From NCBI GenBank assembly GCA_020184695.1, contig JAANOX010000280.1, positions 744,001 through 808,000 on the forward strand: 64,000 bases of DNA, in the 5' to 3' direction. The notes below the pieces were generated by a model. That model worked only from the letters and a program-made list of their open reading frames with translations, searched no databases and had not been told where the DNA came from. The translations under genes and the position numbers were made by a program. Positions 1 to 13,198 of the stretch are shown in pieces. The stretch is from Histomonas meleagridis 2922-C6/04-290x (taxonomy: Eukaryota; Protista; Parabasalia). The first letter of the stretch is position 1. Each line of letters opens with the position of its first letter.

Positions 1-185
1 TATGTTAATACTTACAAAGAAAATCCATATTGCATAATAAGGCTTTCTTTCAATAAACATTATGAGAAGAAAGAATGAAAGATTTTATATAATTTGAAGA
101 TAATCAAAAATGGTTCCAAAAATCGTTTGGCACTTTTTCATTTTGGGCTATGGTCGAGTAAAAGTGACAAAATCTACAGAACCAA

Positions 186-908
186 ATGGGAGGAACTGAA
201 AAAGAAGTGGCTTTGCGCAAAAAACGCCATGATTATACAATATCAAAAGGAGTAAATCCAATTCGAGAAGGAACAACAATAACTGTCATTCCACAAAAAC
301 GTTTTTATAGAGCAGAAACAATCCTTTCAAAGACAAAGCAAATAAAGGCAGATAAAAGGAAATTTGATAACAATACAAAACGCAAAGAATCCCATAATTT
401 CCCACTTCCTGATGCTAATTTGAAATTTGCATTAGTTATTCGTTTGATTGATGCAAAAGCAAATATTTGTCCAGAATCAAAGAAAATATTATCTGACTTA
501 AAGCTTAATGAAAAATTTGATGGATGTTTTGTTTTTCTCAATGAAGAAAATAGACAAAAACTCAAATCTATAAATCATTTAATAACATACGGTTCTCCCT
601 CTCAAGAATTGGTCAGACAACTTATACATACAAGAGCCTCAACAGTTGTTAATGGTAAAGAAGTTCATATAACATCAAATAAAATGATTGCAGATGCATT
701 ATCTGACAAAAACATTATTTGTTTGGATGATATGGTACATGCTTTCAACAAAGGCGATGATAACAAAATAGAGGCAATTACTGCATTTTTAGCACCTTTT
801 CATTTTAATAAGACAGAATTGAAAAACATAAAGTTGCCATTATATGCAGGCGGTCCAAGCGGATGGAGAGGCAACGATATTATTCAGTTCATTGAAGCAA
901 TAATCTAA
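186..908 (+). CDS. uL30/L7-family protein, divergent (Rlp7/RPL7L1-like ribosome biogenesis factor)
   Basis: 240 aa ORF with L7 motifs ALVIRL, ITYGSPS, NIICLDDMVH, FLAPFHF and GWRGNDI; too divergent for canonical RPL7. Confidence 0.75.
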   Translation: MGGTEKEVALRKKRHDYTISKGVNPIREGTTITVIPQKRFYRAETILSKTKQIKADKRKFDNNTKRKESHNFPLPDANLKFALVIRLIDAKANICPESKKILSDLKLNEKFDGCFVFLNEENRQKLKSINHLITYGSPSQELVRQLIHTRASTVVNGKEVHITSNKMIADALSDKNIICLDDMVHAFNKGDDNKIEAITAFLAPFHFNKTELKNIKLPLYAGGPSGWRGNDIIQFIEAII

Positions 909-989
909 AGAACTAATAAATAAATCACAAAATAAATTATCAACATTTTTCATATCACATTTCTTAATTGACTATGTTTGTTTTGTTTA

Positions 990-2144
990 ATGGCTTCAAC
1001 AGAATTCGATCTTTCGACATATAAAATAAATAAAACACTTCAATCTTTTGTCATTCCTAAAGAAAAGACAGCAGATGTACTAAAAATTCTCAAGAAATAT
1101 GATCTTCTTCCAAAATATCAAAAGTTCAATGTTGTCATTTCAGAAAATGAAGGAAAAAGAATTCTTCTTGGAGAAGGAGTTAATGAGGTTCCAAAAGAAA
1201 TAATAGAAATTATTGGTGATGTCGAATTAACTTCATATGATATTACACTTGATTATCATAATTTTTCTTTGCAAGAATTATTGCAGCAATTTTTACCAGA
1301 GGGAACCGTTATTCCATCATCATTTGAAACCATTGGGAAAGTTGCACATTTAAATCTTCTTGAAGAACAAATGCCATATAAACACATCATTGGACAAGCA
1401 ATTCTACTCAAAAATACTTCTCTTAAAACAGTTGCCATTAAAACTGGCGCTATAAACAATGTTTATCGAAATATGAATCTTGAAGTTATTGCAGGTGAAA
1501 ACTCATTTATAACAGAAGTCAAGCAAACAGGGCTCACATTTAGAATGGATTTTTCCAAAGTTTATTGGAATTCAAGGCTTGAACATGAACATGATTCACT
1601 TGTTGATCTTTTCCAAGAAGGTTCCATTGTTGCGGATGCCATGTGTGGGATTGGACCATTTGCTATTCGTGCAGCCAAACGAAAGAACTGTACTGTTTAT
1701 GCAAATGATTTAAATCCAGATTCGTATAAATGGCTTATGGAAAACTGTAAAATTAACCATGTTACCGACAAGGTAATTTGCTCTAACATTGATGCACGTG
1801 AGTTTATCGTTAATATCTTTAAGAACGGAGGCTCTGATTACATTGTAATGAATTTGCCCAAAATCGCCGTCACTTTTTTAGATGCTGTTGCAGAAGGCGC
1901 AAAAAAGTATAGAACAACAGCAAGGCTTCCAATTGTATATTTCCATCAATTCGATGATAAAGATGTTAACCATGAAGCATCGTTGAAGGAAAAGGCAACG
2001 AAAGCATTGGGAATGCAATTGCCAAAATTAAATGTTCATAGAGTAAGAGATGTGTCGCCAAAGAAAGATATGTTTAGGTGTAGCTTTGCTGTGGCTGATC
2101 TCTTTGGTTCAGATGATCCATCAACAAGAGAAATTCCACACTAA
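990..2144 (+). CDS. TRM5: tRNA (guanine-37-N1) methyltransferase Trm5
   Basis: Motifs SSFETIGKVAHLNL, FSKVYWNSRLEHEH, DAMCGIGPFAI, ANDLNP and VMNLP; first ATG at 990. Confidence 0.92.
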   Translation: MASTEFDLSTYKINKTLQSFVIPKEKTADVLKILKKYDLLPKYQKFNVVISENEGKRILLGEGVNEVPKEIIEIIGDVELTSYDITLDYHNFSLQELLQQFLPEGTVIPSSFETIGKVAHLNLLEEQMPYKHIIGQAILLKNTSLKTVAIKTGAINNVYRNMNLEVIAGENSFITEVKQTGLTFRMDFSKVYWNSRLEHEHDSLVDLFQEGSIVADAMCGIGPFAIRAAKRKNCTVYANDLNPDSYKWLMENCKINHVTDKVICSNIDAREFIVNIFKNGGSDYIVMNLPKIAVTFLDAVAEGAKKYRTTARLPIVYFHQFDDKDVNHEASLKEKATKALGMQLPKLNVHRVRDVSPKKDMFRCSFAVADLFGSDDPSTREIPH

Positions 2145-2308
2145 CCAATGTGATAAATAATGCAATAAAATTAATATAAAATATCAATCTTATCAACGTT
2201 GCACTTCCGAGGAGTATGTGATTTTTTCGTGGTGATTAAGTTTGATTTTAACCAGAGTTTTAAAAATAAACGGTTTTGGTAAACGTCCTCCACCAAACCG
2301 TTACAAGA

Positions 2309-4157
2309 ATGGGAGCAGGAATTTCAGTAAATTATATAGATCAAGTACCATTATTTAAAACATCATGTTGGAAAGTCAGTCGTGCTAAGCATAAAACTAC
2401 ATTAGAAGAAGTTAGTCTTTGGGAAATTGATTACGATATTATTCAAAGTATCGGAACTAAAGCAGATCAAGAACGATTTTTTTAACAGAAACACTTTCAT
2501 CTATATACTCTGTTCGTCGAATTTTTTTCATCCAGGTGTTTTAAAAATTCTTGAGCTTTCAGATTCAATTAAAGCTTTAAATTTTGCAGCAGAGCCTATT
2601 GAAACGTGTTTAGAATATGATAGTTATTTATCTACTAATGACATTATTTATATTTCATATCAATTATGTAAAACATTAGATTTTTTACATAGTTCAGCGC
2701 ACATTATAATGTTTGGCTTATCTATTAGTGATATTTGTTTAACGAAAAGTATGGATACTAAGATTTGTTTATTTACATTTAGTAATCGTTTTATTCATGA
2801 GAATGGGGAATCACTTCCGCGTATGGGCGACTGGAAATCTGTTACATACTTCCAACCGCCGATTAATTATATTTCACCAGAATATTATAATAATTCGCAA
2901 TGCACATTTAAGACAGATGTCTTTAGTTATGGCTGTATCATCGGCACGCTCATCAAAGGATCGAATGTATTGGAAGAGCCGACTCCGAAGTGCATTGAAG
3001 AATCGGTTCGCACACCAAATCTTTATCAAAATATTCCCAAGATATTACGCGACATGGTTATTGCATGCTTGAATGTTAACTCCGAAAAGCGTCCGTCATT
3101 TAATTTTATACTTCATTCACCGTTATTTGATAATGTTTATATTAAGTCGTTACGATATTTCGAAGTGATATTAACTAAAACGCAAGAAGACAAATATAAT
3201 TTTTATTGTGGAATATCGAAAACGCTTAACGAATTCTCCATTCGAATTTTACAAAACAAATTTTTAGAATTTTTTATACAAGAAATTAAGAATGAAATTC
3301 TTTATTCGAATATATTAATTCCGATTATATTTGAAATTGGGAAAACGTTTGATAAACGAGATTTTTATGAGTTAATTGTATTACCACTTTATCCAATGTT
3401 TACGATTGTTAAACCATATGAAATCAATTTGATCTTTTTACGATATTTTTCCGTTATTGTCGAAAATATTTCAGAAGAACGAATTTATGAAATTTGTTAT
3501 CCAATTATTGAAACATCGATTAAAAGTGAACAAGAACAATTACAAAAAGAAAGTGCTCAAGAATTTCAAATATTAGTCAACAAATTAACAGGACAAAAGA
3601 TCGAAGAAGAAATTGTTCCGTCGCTTGTCGAATATCTTTCTACATCGACTAACAATAATATTATTAATTGTAGTATTTCATTATTAAAAGAATGTTTACC
3701 TAAAGTGAATCACAATAAATTTACTGAAGAAATCATTCCGCGCATTTCAGCGTCATGGAATCGCCAAAATAGTATCGAATTATCCGAAATTATCACCGAA
3801 ATTCTTCAAAATCTTCAGCCTACGATCACATTACGTATGAAATATATTGTTCCAATTGCATCAGAAATTGTTTCGAATAAAATTTGTTCACCAAAAACAC
3901 AAATCGAACTTTGTAATATTATTAAAACATCGATTGAAATGTATCGAAATCGAAGTCGAACATCAGAAACACAAAGCGCGCAATGGCTTTCGAAAACAAT
4001 TCAACGAAATCCAAAACGTAATTTGGCAACGAATCGAAACAGTAATAACAATGTAAATGTAAATAATTCACAAAATGAAAATACAAATCAACAAAATTCA
4101 CAAACGTTAAGTAACTCCAATTTATTTAGTGGTATGAGCATTATGAATAAGCGCTAA
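2309..4157 (+). CDS. SCY1-like pseudokinase with HEAT-like helical region (copy 1; homopolymer frameshift near 2480-2530)
   Basis: ATG 2309 MGAGIS (possible myristoylation), YISPEY and KTDVFSYG kinase-like motifs without VAIK/HRD/DFG, followed by a helical repeat region; split over ORFs 2276-2485 and 2427-4157. Confidence 0.7.
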
Positions 4158-4638
4158 ATAATAATATTAATAAATGTTTTATTTTGTATATTTTTTTCTT
4201 AGTTATAAACACTTTTCAATAATTCCAATTAAGTTACGTATTCAACAAATGTTTTAAATTTTAACATAATGCATGATATGCACAACACAGAAACAATTTG
4301 AATTACTTGAAAATTTTAAAATATATAAATTTTACTTCGTATTATCTAAATAAATAATCAGATGAATATTCTATATCCAAAATAATTCCATCACCATAAT
4401 CAGTTATTGGGAAATAGTTTTGAGTTTTGTGAAGAATCTTCTGAATCTGAGAAAATATTCTCTAAAGGTTCAGTATATGGACCTCTTATCTTTATAGTGT
4501 TTTCTTTCGAGTCATTTTTAGTTATCGAATTCAAAAATGAGGATTTTCCAGTTTGATATGGGCCTTAAATTATTATCATTTTAATTCCTTTGGGGTACTT
4601 CTTCAGATGTTCATCCATTATATGATCTTGGAGCAGCA
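4033..4638. repeat. About 600-bp module B, copy 1 (kinase tail, 3' spacer and P-loop fragment)
   Basis: Directly repeated at 7208-7811 and inverted at 30415-31104 and 33746-34437. Confidence 0.9.
4342..4618 (-). pseudogene. N-terminal fragment of a P-loop GTPase (GBP/atlastin-like Walker A), disrupted
   Basis: MDEHLKKYPKGIKMIII*GPYQTGKSSFLNSIT: GxxxxGKS motif with an in-frame stop just before it; other copies at 7517-7792, 30435-30710 and 33771-34043. Confidence 0.5.
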
Positions 4639-4875
4639 AGCTTAGTAAGTATTAATAATATATTTCATTTTAGATTAATGCAAATTTGCAACTTTAACAA
4701 TTATCGTATATTATCTAAAATTATTAAGATAGTCACGGCCCTACAAAATTTAAAACATGAAATACTTTATTTTGTTCCAACTCATGTTGAATTATTATCC
4801 AAACCAATATTTTCAACTTAAAAACAAAAAGTGAAAATAACTTTATAAATTATAAAATTCTTTACATTATGAATT

Positions 4876-5301
4876 TTATGGATGTCGTTCCCTAAATTTG
4901 GAAAAATCTTCACCTTTCTCAAAATCGATAATTATACATGGTACAGAAAAAACTCTGGAACATTTCTTTCTGAAGTTTTCTACATTTTTTAAATCATGAT
5001 CATAATTCTTCATGAATATATTCCTCAAATTCTCAAAAGATTTACCATTAGAAATCAAATCTCTTCCTGGATGAATAAGACTTGTATAACTATTTTGACT
5101 GATTCTGCCTCGAATTGGTCTGTAATGAGTTGAAATTAATATCTTATAATGCATTTTTAATCCCCTAGTTTGTTTTTGTAATTTTTGAAATTTTCTTTTT
5201 AGATCATCTTCTCCAACTACACTAATAAATTTGCTTGATTGCTGGGTATAAATATCATATTTAGCCAAAAAAAGGAAAAAGAGCATATAAAAAAATGTCA
5301 A
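4876..5301 (-). CDS. Hypothetical protein of about 136 aa with hydrophobic N-terminus (copy 1)
   Basis: ORF is intact in both arms (also 33087-33512) and differs at 5 aa; no family recognised. Confidence 0.45.
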   Translation of the reverse strand: MTFFYMLFFLFLAKYDIYTQQSSKFISVVGEDDLKRKFQKLQKQTRGLKMHYKILISTHYRPIRGRISQNSYTSLIHPGRDLISNGKSFENLRNIFMKNYDHDLKNVENFRKKCSRVFSVPCIIIDFEKGEDFSKFRERHP

Positions 5302-5735
5302 TTTGACATGGTGAAAAATTTAGAAAATCTTTTTTCAATTTTCAATATCATTAGAACTTTTTGAATACAAATTTTCATTTGATAAAGACGGTTTATTCCT
5401 TTCAAAAAGTGTCATTTTTTTATAACCAGTTCGTTTGGTTACCAGCGTTAAATATGAGTCTCAACATAATGATCTAATTTTAATTATTGGACACGTTTCG
5501 ATTTGTTATCAACCGGGCGATTGGAGTGAAAGTTAAAAAAATAACGAAAATTTATTTTTTCCTGATTTGGATGACATATGTGTATTTCAATAGCCAAAAA
5601 CAAGTCATCCATTATACAAAAGAAATTTGTGAATGGTTCGGCAAAGCTGGAAATAAACTTATAATTATTTTCTAAGAAAAACACCCTATTTAATTGAAAA
5701 ATACAAAAAAGTTTATTATAAAATTACGCATTCCA

Positions 5736-7153
5736 CTAACGATCAGCGACGTATTGTAGCCAAGGCAGAGGGTCTTCTGCGTCCATATCTTCCTCATTCA
5801 CCTCACCTTCCTCAATCATTTCGTCTCTTGCGATATGAACTTCTTTAAACAAAGCAGCATGTAAAATAGCCAACACAATATAAAACCAAATTCCTAAGCC
5901 ATTAAAAATCCACACAGTTAAATAAGCTGATGGAATAATTTTCGGTTTGTCAGAACCGTCGGTTAAACCGTCATAACCGTCAAGTAAGTAATCGCCATAA
6001 GAAGCAGCAACGAGTAATTTCGCAACTTGCCTTGACGATGACATAAGCGGTGAATACCAACCAAACCAAGAAACGCCAAAAATTACAAAACCAAGGAAAA
6101 ATGGCATACATCCAACAATAAATTGTAACAATGTGACAATTGCACTAGAAATCATTCGAACGACAACAAGCGTTGCTGGGCGAAGTTGGAGATATCGAAT
6201 CAGTAAAATTGATTGAAGAAATGATGCTAATGCTAATACGAAAAGTGGCCATGGTGCAGTATCATGAAGAATTTGCCCTGATGACATATAAATAATCACC
6301 GAGGCAAGAGAAAAAAAAAAAAAAAGTAGTGTTAATGGCTCCCATTTATCAAGTTTCTGTTTAAATATTGTGAATGGGGAAATTCGCTCGTTTACTGCTT
6401 TGACCCTGGAAATTTTATACAAGGACAAGATAGAAAGTGATTGGAGTAAGATAGCAACCACAAGAAAGGCTAAAAGGAAGAAATAAAGAATTGATGGAAA
6501 CAAAGAACTCGCATTATCGGAGTTACGGACAACGCGATCACGGTCAAGGTTCCATAGGATGATTCCTGTTTCTTCAAAATTGTAAAAATTTGAAATAACT
6601 CCTGACTCGATTATTTGCCCATATTTTGTTGTTTCAATTGCATAGTAAACCGAAAGACGAACTAATGAAAAGTTTGAAAGGTAAGGTTCGACAATTTCAT
6701 TTGCAAGAGTTTTGTTATCATCTTCGAAATGGAATGAAAGTTCTTCCCCATCAAGTGTTTGTATAGCGATGAATTAAAAACAAATCTGAAATCTGGCTTG
6801 GTAAAAATCCTCTTGTCACCAAGCGAATCAACTTGATCATCTGTGTAAACATCATATCCTTCGAGAAAGAAAATATTAACAGCTTTTCCAAAATATTGGA
6901 AAAAAATTAAAGTTGTGTTTTGAACAGTAATAGCTAATAAGAAAAATAATGCAAAGATAATAATTTCAACAAAGCATAGCCATGGGGGTTGGTAATACTT
7001 AACCCAAACTGAAAATACTTTTGATGGTTTTGGATGAGGTTTCGCAGCTGGATGATGCTTAAACACAAAGTGGGGGTTACGGGTAGCTTGGAAAGCAAGT
7101 CCGCCAAATGCATTCGGTCTTGTTTGAGGAACTTTTTTTGCTTTCCTCCCCAT
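5736..7153 (-). pseudogene. Mucolipin/TRPML-like cation channel, copy 1, with about 76-bp internal deletion
   Basis: C-terminal half has TRPML-like S4-S6 (LIRYL, GCMPFFLGFVIFG, YGDYLLD pore); lacks 31552-31627 of the other copy. Confidence 0.65.
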
Positions 7154-7207
7154 CTAGCCACTTTTTCGTTGCTGTAATAAAAAGTGTCGCGTATAACCGC
7201 TTTTCCG

Positions 7208-7811
7208 ATCGAAACAGTAATAATAATGTAAATGTAAATAATTCACAAAATGAAAATACAAATCAACAAAATTCACAAACGTTAAGTAACTCCAATTTAT
7301 TTAGTGGTATGAGCATTATGAATAAGCACTAAATAATAATATTAATAAATGTTTTATTTTGTATATTTTTTTCTCAGTTATAAACACTTTTCAATAATTC
7401 CAATTAAGTTACGTATTCAACAAATGTTTTAAATTTTAACATAATGCATGATATGCACAACACAGAAACAATTTGAATTACTTGAAAATTTTAAAATATA
7501 TAAATTTTACTTCGTATTATCTAAATAAATAATCAGATGAATATTCTATATCCAAAATAATTCCATCACCATAATCAGTTATTGGGAAATAGTTTTGAGT
7601 TTTTGAAGAATCTTCTGAATCTGAGAAAATATTCTCTAAAGGTTCAGTATATGGACCTCTTATCTTTATAGTGTTTTCTTTCGAGTCATTTTTAGTTATC
7701 GAATTCAAAAATGAGGATTTTCCAGTTTGATATGGGCCTTAAATTATTATCATTTTAATTCCTTTGGGGTACTTCTTCAGATGTTCATCCATTAATGATC
7801 TTGGAGCAGCA
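7208..7811. repeat. Module B, copy 2 (direct repeat of 4033-4638)
   Basis: Sequence match; junction at atcgaaac. Confidence 0.9.
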
Positions 7812-7956
7812 TTTCAAAAAATGTGAAAAATCCAAAATTTGCCAAAACGAAAAACAAACATACTTTGTCAATTTCCAAAGTCAAAAACATTAAACTTTTA
7901 TGAATCCATATTTTATAATGGTTTTATTTATAAAATTCCATGTTATTTATAATTTT

Positions 7957-10150
7957 TTATAAAGCGAATTTATTGTCTTCTTCGAAATCTGTTGCAAATG
8001 GATCCTCTTTAACATTAGATATTTTCATTATTGCTTCCAATGTTTCAGTATTAGTAAATTCATTTTGCTCTTCAAAACTTTTTGTTATTTCTTCATTGTT
8101 AAATTTTTTATTCTTGATTTTAATTATTAAAATTATAAGTAAAATGATGATAATAATTGCAGCAATTACTGTGCAAATCGATATGATAAGTGTTTTGTTA
8201 TTATTATTATTATTTGGAATTGTTTCTGATTGAATTAAAATTGAAAAGAAATTGGAATAAAAACTAAGATAATATGAATACATAACAATTGTATAATCAT
8301 AATATATTATTAATGTCGGAATGTAAATATTATCTGTGGATCCAAATGAAACTAAAAATGAATTCGAAATTAAAGTGTAAATTGAATTTGTTTTTGTTAG
8401 TATTAATGTAAATGTTAATGAAAATGTTTCTGTAACATTTATATGACTAGAAACAGATAAAGTGATGTTGGCATCGTATGATGTGAATGTGGTTGATTTG
8501 GTAAATGTGTTTGTATTTGTGTAAGTCATTGATTTTGTGAATGTATTAGAGAATGAGTGCGATGATGTGAATGAATTCGTGGGCCATGGACGACACCCTT
8601 CAATAGTTGTACCTCGTGAAACATTTAATGTCCCAAATGTGTTTGATTCATATCCATTTGACGTAATTACAATAGCTTCAACTGACTCAAATGAATTTAA
8701 ACTGATATTTGGTTCTGTTTCACCATAATAATAAATGCATTTGAGTTTATTACACTTTGAAAATGCTAATTCGCCAATTGTTTCAACGCCTTCTTCAATA
8801 TTAACTGTAATCATATTAGAACATAAATAAAATGCTCTTGATTCAATTGTTTTTAATTGTTCTTGGAATTGTGATATTTTTGTAAGGAAGTACAGGATTC
8901 AAATGCCATTGTTCCAATTGTTTCAACGCCTTCTTCAATATTAACTGTAATTAAATTAGAAGATGTGTAAAATGCCATTGTTCCAATTGTTTTAATTGTA
9001 TTTGGAATTGTAATATTTTGTAATGAAGTACATGTTGAAAATGCTAATTCTCCAATTGTTTCAACGCCTTCTTCAATATTAACTGTAATCAAATTAGAAC
9101 ATAAATAAAATGCTCTTGTTCCAATCGTTTTAATAGTATTTGGAATTGTAATATTTCGTATTGAAGATCCTTCAAATGCTGATGATTGAATTGTTGTCAC
9201 AGTGTTTGGAATTGATATTGTTTCTTTACCATTTGGATAACAATGAAGTTCTGTGATGTTTTTGTTATAAAGAATTCCATCATTATCATAATTAGAATAT
9301 TTCGAATTATTTAATGATACGATTATCATTCGAAGTTTTATACATCCTGAAAATGATGTGTTAGAAATTATTATAATTGAATTTGGAATTGTAATATTTG
9401 GTAATGAAATACATGATCGAAATGCAGAATCACAAATTTCTTCAACTCCTTCTTCAATAGTAATTGACGTCAAATTATAACATTCTCGAAATGTATAACT
9501 ACGAATTGTTTTAACTGTATTTGGAATTGTAATATTTTGCAATGAAATACATGAACGAAATGCTGATTCACCAATTGATGTGACGTTATTAATTGTAATA
9601 TCTTGCAGTGATGTACATGAATGAAATGCTGATTCACCAATTGATGTGACGTTATTAATTGTAATATTTTGCAATGAAATACATGAACGAAATGCTGATT
9701 CACCAATTGATGTGACGTTATTAATTGTAATATTTTGCAATGAAATACATGAACGAAATGCTGATTCACCAATTGATGTGACGTTATTAATTGTAATATT
9801 TTGCAATGAAATACATGAACGAAATGCTGATTCACCAATTGATGTGACGTTATTAATTGTAATATCTTGCAGTGATGTACATGAATGAAATGCTGATTCA
9901 CCAATTGATGTGACTGTATTTGATATTGTAATATTTTGTAATAAAGAATATGATTCAAATGCTTCATATGGAATATAACTAACTCCATCTTGTATAATAA
10001 CATTAATAGCTCTTTCTTTGAATTCTTTATTGTTAAAATCGAGATCAGTAGAAATTGTTAATGTTTGAGTTGTTTCATCAAAACTGAGTTGGAATGTATT
10101 ATGAACAAAAAATATTAAAAATATGAATGAAAATAATTTGTTTTTATTTT
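7957..10150 (-). CDS. BspA-like (TpLRR) surface protein, mosaic copy 1; frameshift near 8870 likely a homopolymer error
   Basis: Repeats IPNTxKTIGxxAFxxCxxL, S/T-rich stalk, TM helix and DPFATDF tail; no ATG at the signal-like segment. Confidence 0.8.
9530..9915 (-). repeat. 66-bp tandem repeat, 6 units (LRR QNITINNVTSIGESAFRSCISL)
   Basis: Six TSIGESAF units counted. Confidence 0.9.
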
Positions 10151-11442
10151 TATATTTGATTTCAAGTTTTTTATGGCGAAAATATTTATTTAAATTAAAC
10201 TTGTTTTTGTGTCAAAAATAAAGAAAACCATAAAAAGTATTTAAAATATATATAGGAAGTAATGGGATATTAAGGCTTCTAAGTAAATTTAAATTGTGAT
10301 GATGATAATATTCGATGTAATTGAAAAATCTTAAAAATTTTCTTGAAAGATTAATACAAATTTGATTTACCAGATAAAAGTAAGTTTGGACATTCAGAAT
10401 TTGGAAAGTTTTTGAATTTAATTTATTTAATAAGAAAAAAGAATCTTTTAAATTATCAACAGATATGATATCGTTGCTTATGATAAATCTCCTATTTGAA
10501 AACATTGCGATAATTGTAGACAGCAGCATCTAATAAGTACTATTTTTTATTGAGAAGTTCCTGTGGGATTCTAGATTTTTTCAAAATTTGACTGTTATGT
10601 TCAAAAATTTTTAAACGCTAGAATTTCTTAAAGGTACAAATGATCATTTTTCATAAAATTTGATTGGTTTTATCAGAATCACATTCAAAAAGCGTTATCG
10701 ATACAACCAATTTTTTTAACACGGTATCAAAAAGTTTAACATAAAATCTTGTTTTTAGCCGCTGTTAAACTTCGAATCCTTTTTGTTTTTTGAAAAAAAT
10801 TGTTCCTTGTGAGTTGTTTTGGCACTCATCTCTGACACTCCTTCTAGCGTTAATCAAATTCGTATGCACTATTTCATTTCTTTTGACAAAATCTCCCTTC
10901 TCTGATAATTTGATAACAATAATAAAGTCCATAAATTTTACTTCTGATGATGCCTTCCAGAATATGCCAAGGTTTTGCTTTCCACTATAATTTAACTTCT
11001 GGGGAAAAATCTTTTCAATATTCTAATATTGCGGGTTACCAGCAGTCATTACCAAAATTTTTAAATGAACTTGTCCCCAACATTATAACCAAGAGGTATA
11101 TGTAATGAAACTTTTCAATCAAATATTTACTCTCGTTCATGTTCATTAAATATTTTATGTATCGCTATTATATTCGAATTACTTTTCCCTTTTGAAATTG
11201 TGTACACAAACAGATCATCAATTCATTAGTGCAATAATTGATCAAATGATATTTTCCGTATTCATCTCACTAAATATATAACTGAATATTCAGGTTTTGT
11301 TCTCTGATAATGTTTTCACATTTTTCCCCACAGAATGAAAAAAATTAAATGAATCATTGAATCTCACAATTTTAGGTACCACATCTGTAAGAATAAATAT
11401 CAAGTGTTTTTTTATGGTATTTGAAATCAGGAAAAATTGCCT

Positions 11443-11965
11443 TTATATTAAGCCTTGTTCCTTTGCAAATTCGCGCGCCATCTTCACCTCGTTTTCGCCT
11501 GATATTATTTCGTCAAAAGTAATTTTTCCGTCACCGTTTTCGTCGTAGTAATCGATATTTTCTTCGATTTCTTCTTTTGAGTTCACGCGTACATTCTGAC
11601 ATAATCATAAACTTCTTAAACTCTGTCCGAGTGAGATATCCTTTGTGTCTTTCATCTCACCCATCAAAGAAATTCTTTGCAAGTGGACCGATATTTCCAA
11701 AGTTACGTGTATACAATGATATAATTAATTTCCAGAATTCATCGAATGTGATTGTGCCACTTTTTGTCAATATCGGCAGCTTCGAAAACATATTTTTGCA
11801 GAAATTTCCGAACCATATCCCATATATGTATAGAAAATCGTGTAAAATTCTTTTTAAGTCTAATGAGCCATTTTTATCAACATCACAATTATTAAATGAT
11901 GTTTGTGCCAGTGAGAAGAGCTGATCAGGAGTATATTCGTCATCTTCTACCTCTCTTAACAACAT
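11443..11965 (-). pseudogene. Four-EF-hand calcium-binding protein, inverted copy of 19750-20265 with small insertions
   Basis: 7 extra nt relative to the intact copy, mostly homopolymer extensions, so possibly consensus error. Confidence 0.7.
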
Positions 11966-13198
11966 GTTCCAAGGAAAGAAGTGAAGTAAATTTGTGTAAA
12001 CCACTGAAACTGTTTGCCACACAACAACACCCTTTCAAATAACAACTTTTTGAAAACATTTTTTTCGGAAAAGTTTTTTAACGTTTATATTCAAACTTTA
12101 TTCTCCAATTTGCATAAATTGGTGTGGAAAGTACCTTTGAATCAAAATAAGTGATAAACATCATTTTTCAATTAAGATAGGATTTGGCAAAAAAAAATCT
12201 CTGAAAAAATACGATCAAAATAATCTCAAAAGCTGGTGATTTTTGGATCATATTGTTGAAGGAAATGCTCGGATAAATAAACGGTCAAAAATTGTACGTT
12301 AATTGAAAAAAAAATGGATATCAAAGCAATCGTAAATTCAAAAATTACCAATCATTAAAAAACATACCTGCTGTTAATAATTATACCTTCAAGGTAATAA
12401 TTTACTTGTATACAAAGATGAAGTGAAAAGTTCAAATAATTTTTTCTCAAGGTAAAATTGATTTCAAACCAAAAAACAACATCACGATAATACCTAATGT
12501 ACCCACAATAACACCTTTCATTTAAAGAAAAATCCACAAGACAAATTTATGAAAATGGTCTAAATTTAACTTTAATTTAAAAAACCTGTCTTCAGAAATT
12601 TTAGAATACCTAATGGAATTTATTACCTACCAATCATATTTTTATTTTAATGATTACAGCTGTTTCAAATCAATTTTTAATTTTAGGCATGATTTCTATA
12701 CTTTACATCGTATTTGTGTGTTTTACTCGAAGTGCAAATCATATCGTATAACTATCGTCAACTTGGGACGGCCCCGAAAATTGGCAGTTGATTTGAGTGC
12801 TTATTTGTGGGGTGTTTGTTCTCGATATAATTTAAATATATTACGTATCCATGAATCAAAATAAAATATTAAAAACTCTAACCCATTTATATACCTGTAT
12901 GGAGAAAAAATTCGGGATTTCCATGATAGAAAAACTAAATTAATCATTTGGTAAATTTATCTAGAAAAAATCTGAAAAATTATAAAATGATTTCAATGCC
13001 TTGGTAAATAATAGTAGATATAGATGACATTAAACTCTAATTATCAACAAAGTCTCACTCTTAACAAAATTTTTGTGAAACTTGCAGAGAACGTTAAATC
13101 ATTTTAACTTTTTAATTAATTTATATTGGTTGAATCGTGAACGATCAAGTAAACTTTTCAAAAAAGAAATTTATGAAGCATAAATTTGGAAGAAAATC

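Noticed and set aside
12355-12864. Short ORFs identical in both arms (also 10790-10990, 18853-19362, 20714-20914)
   Set aside because: Identity reflects the recent duplication, not selection; no recognisable domains, and some rely on TTG/GTG starts.
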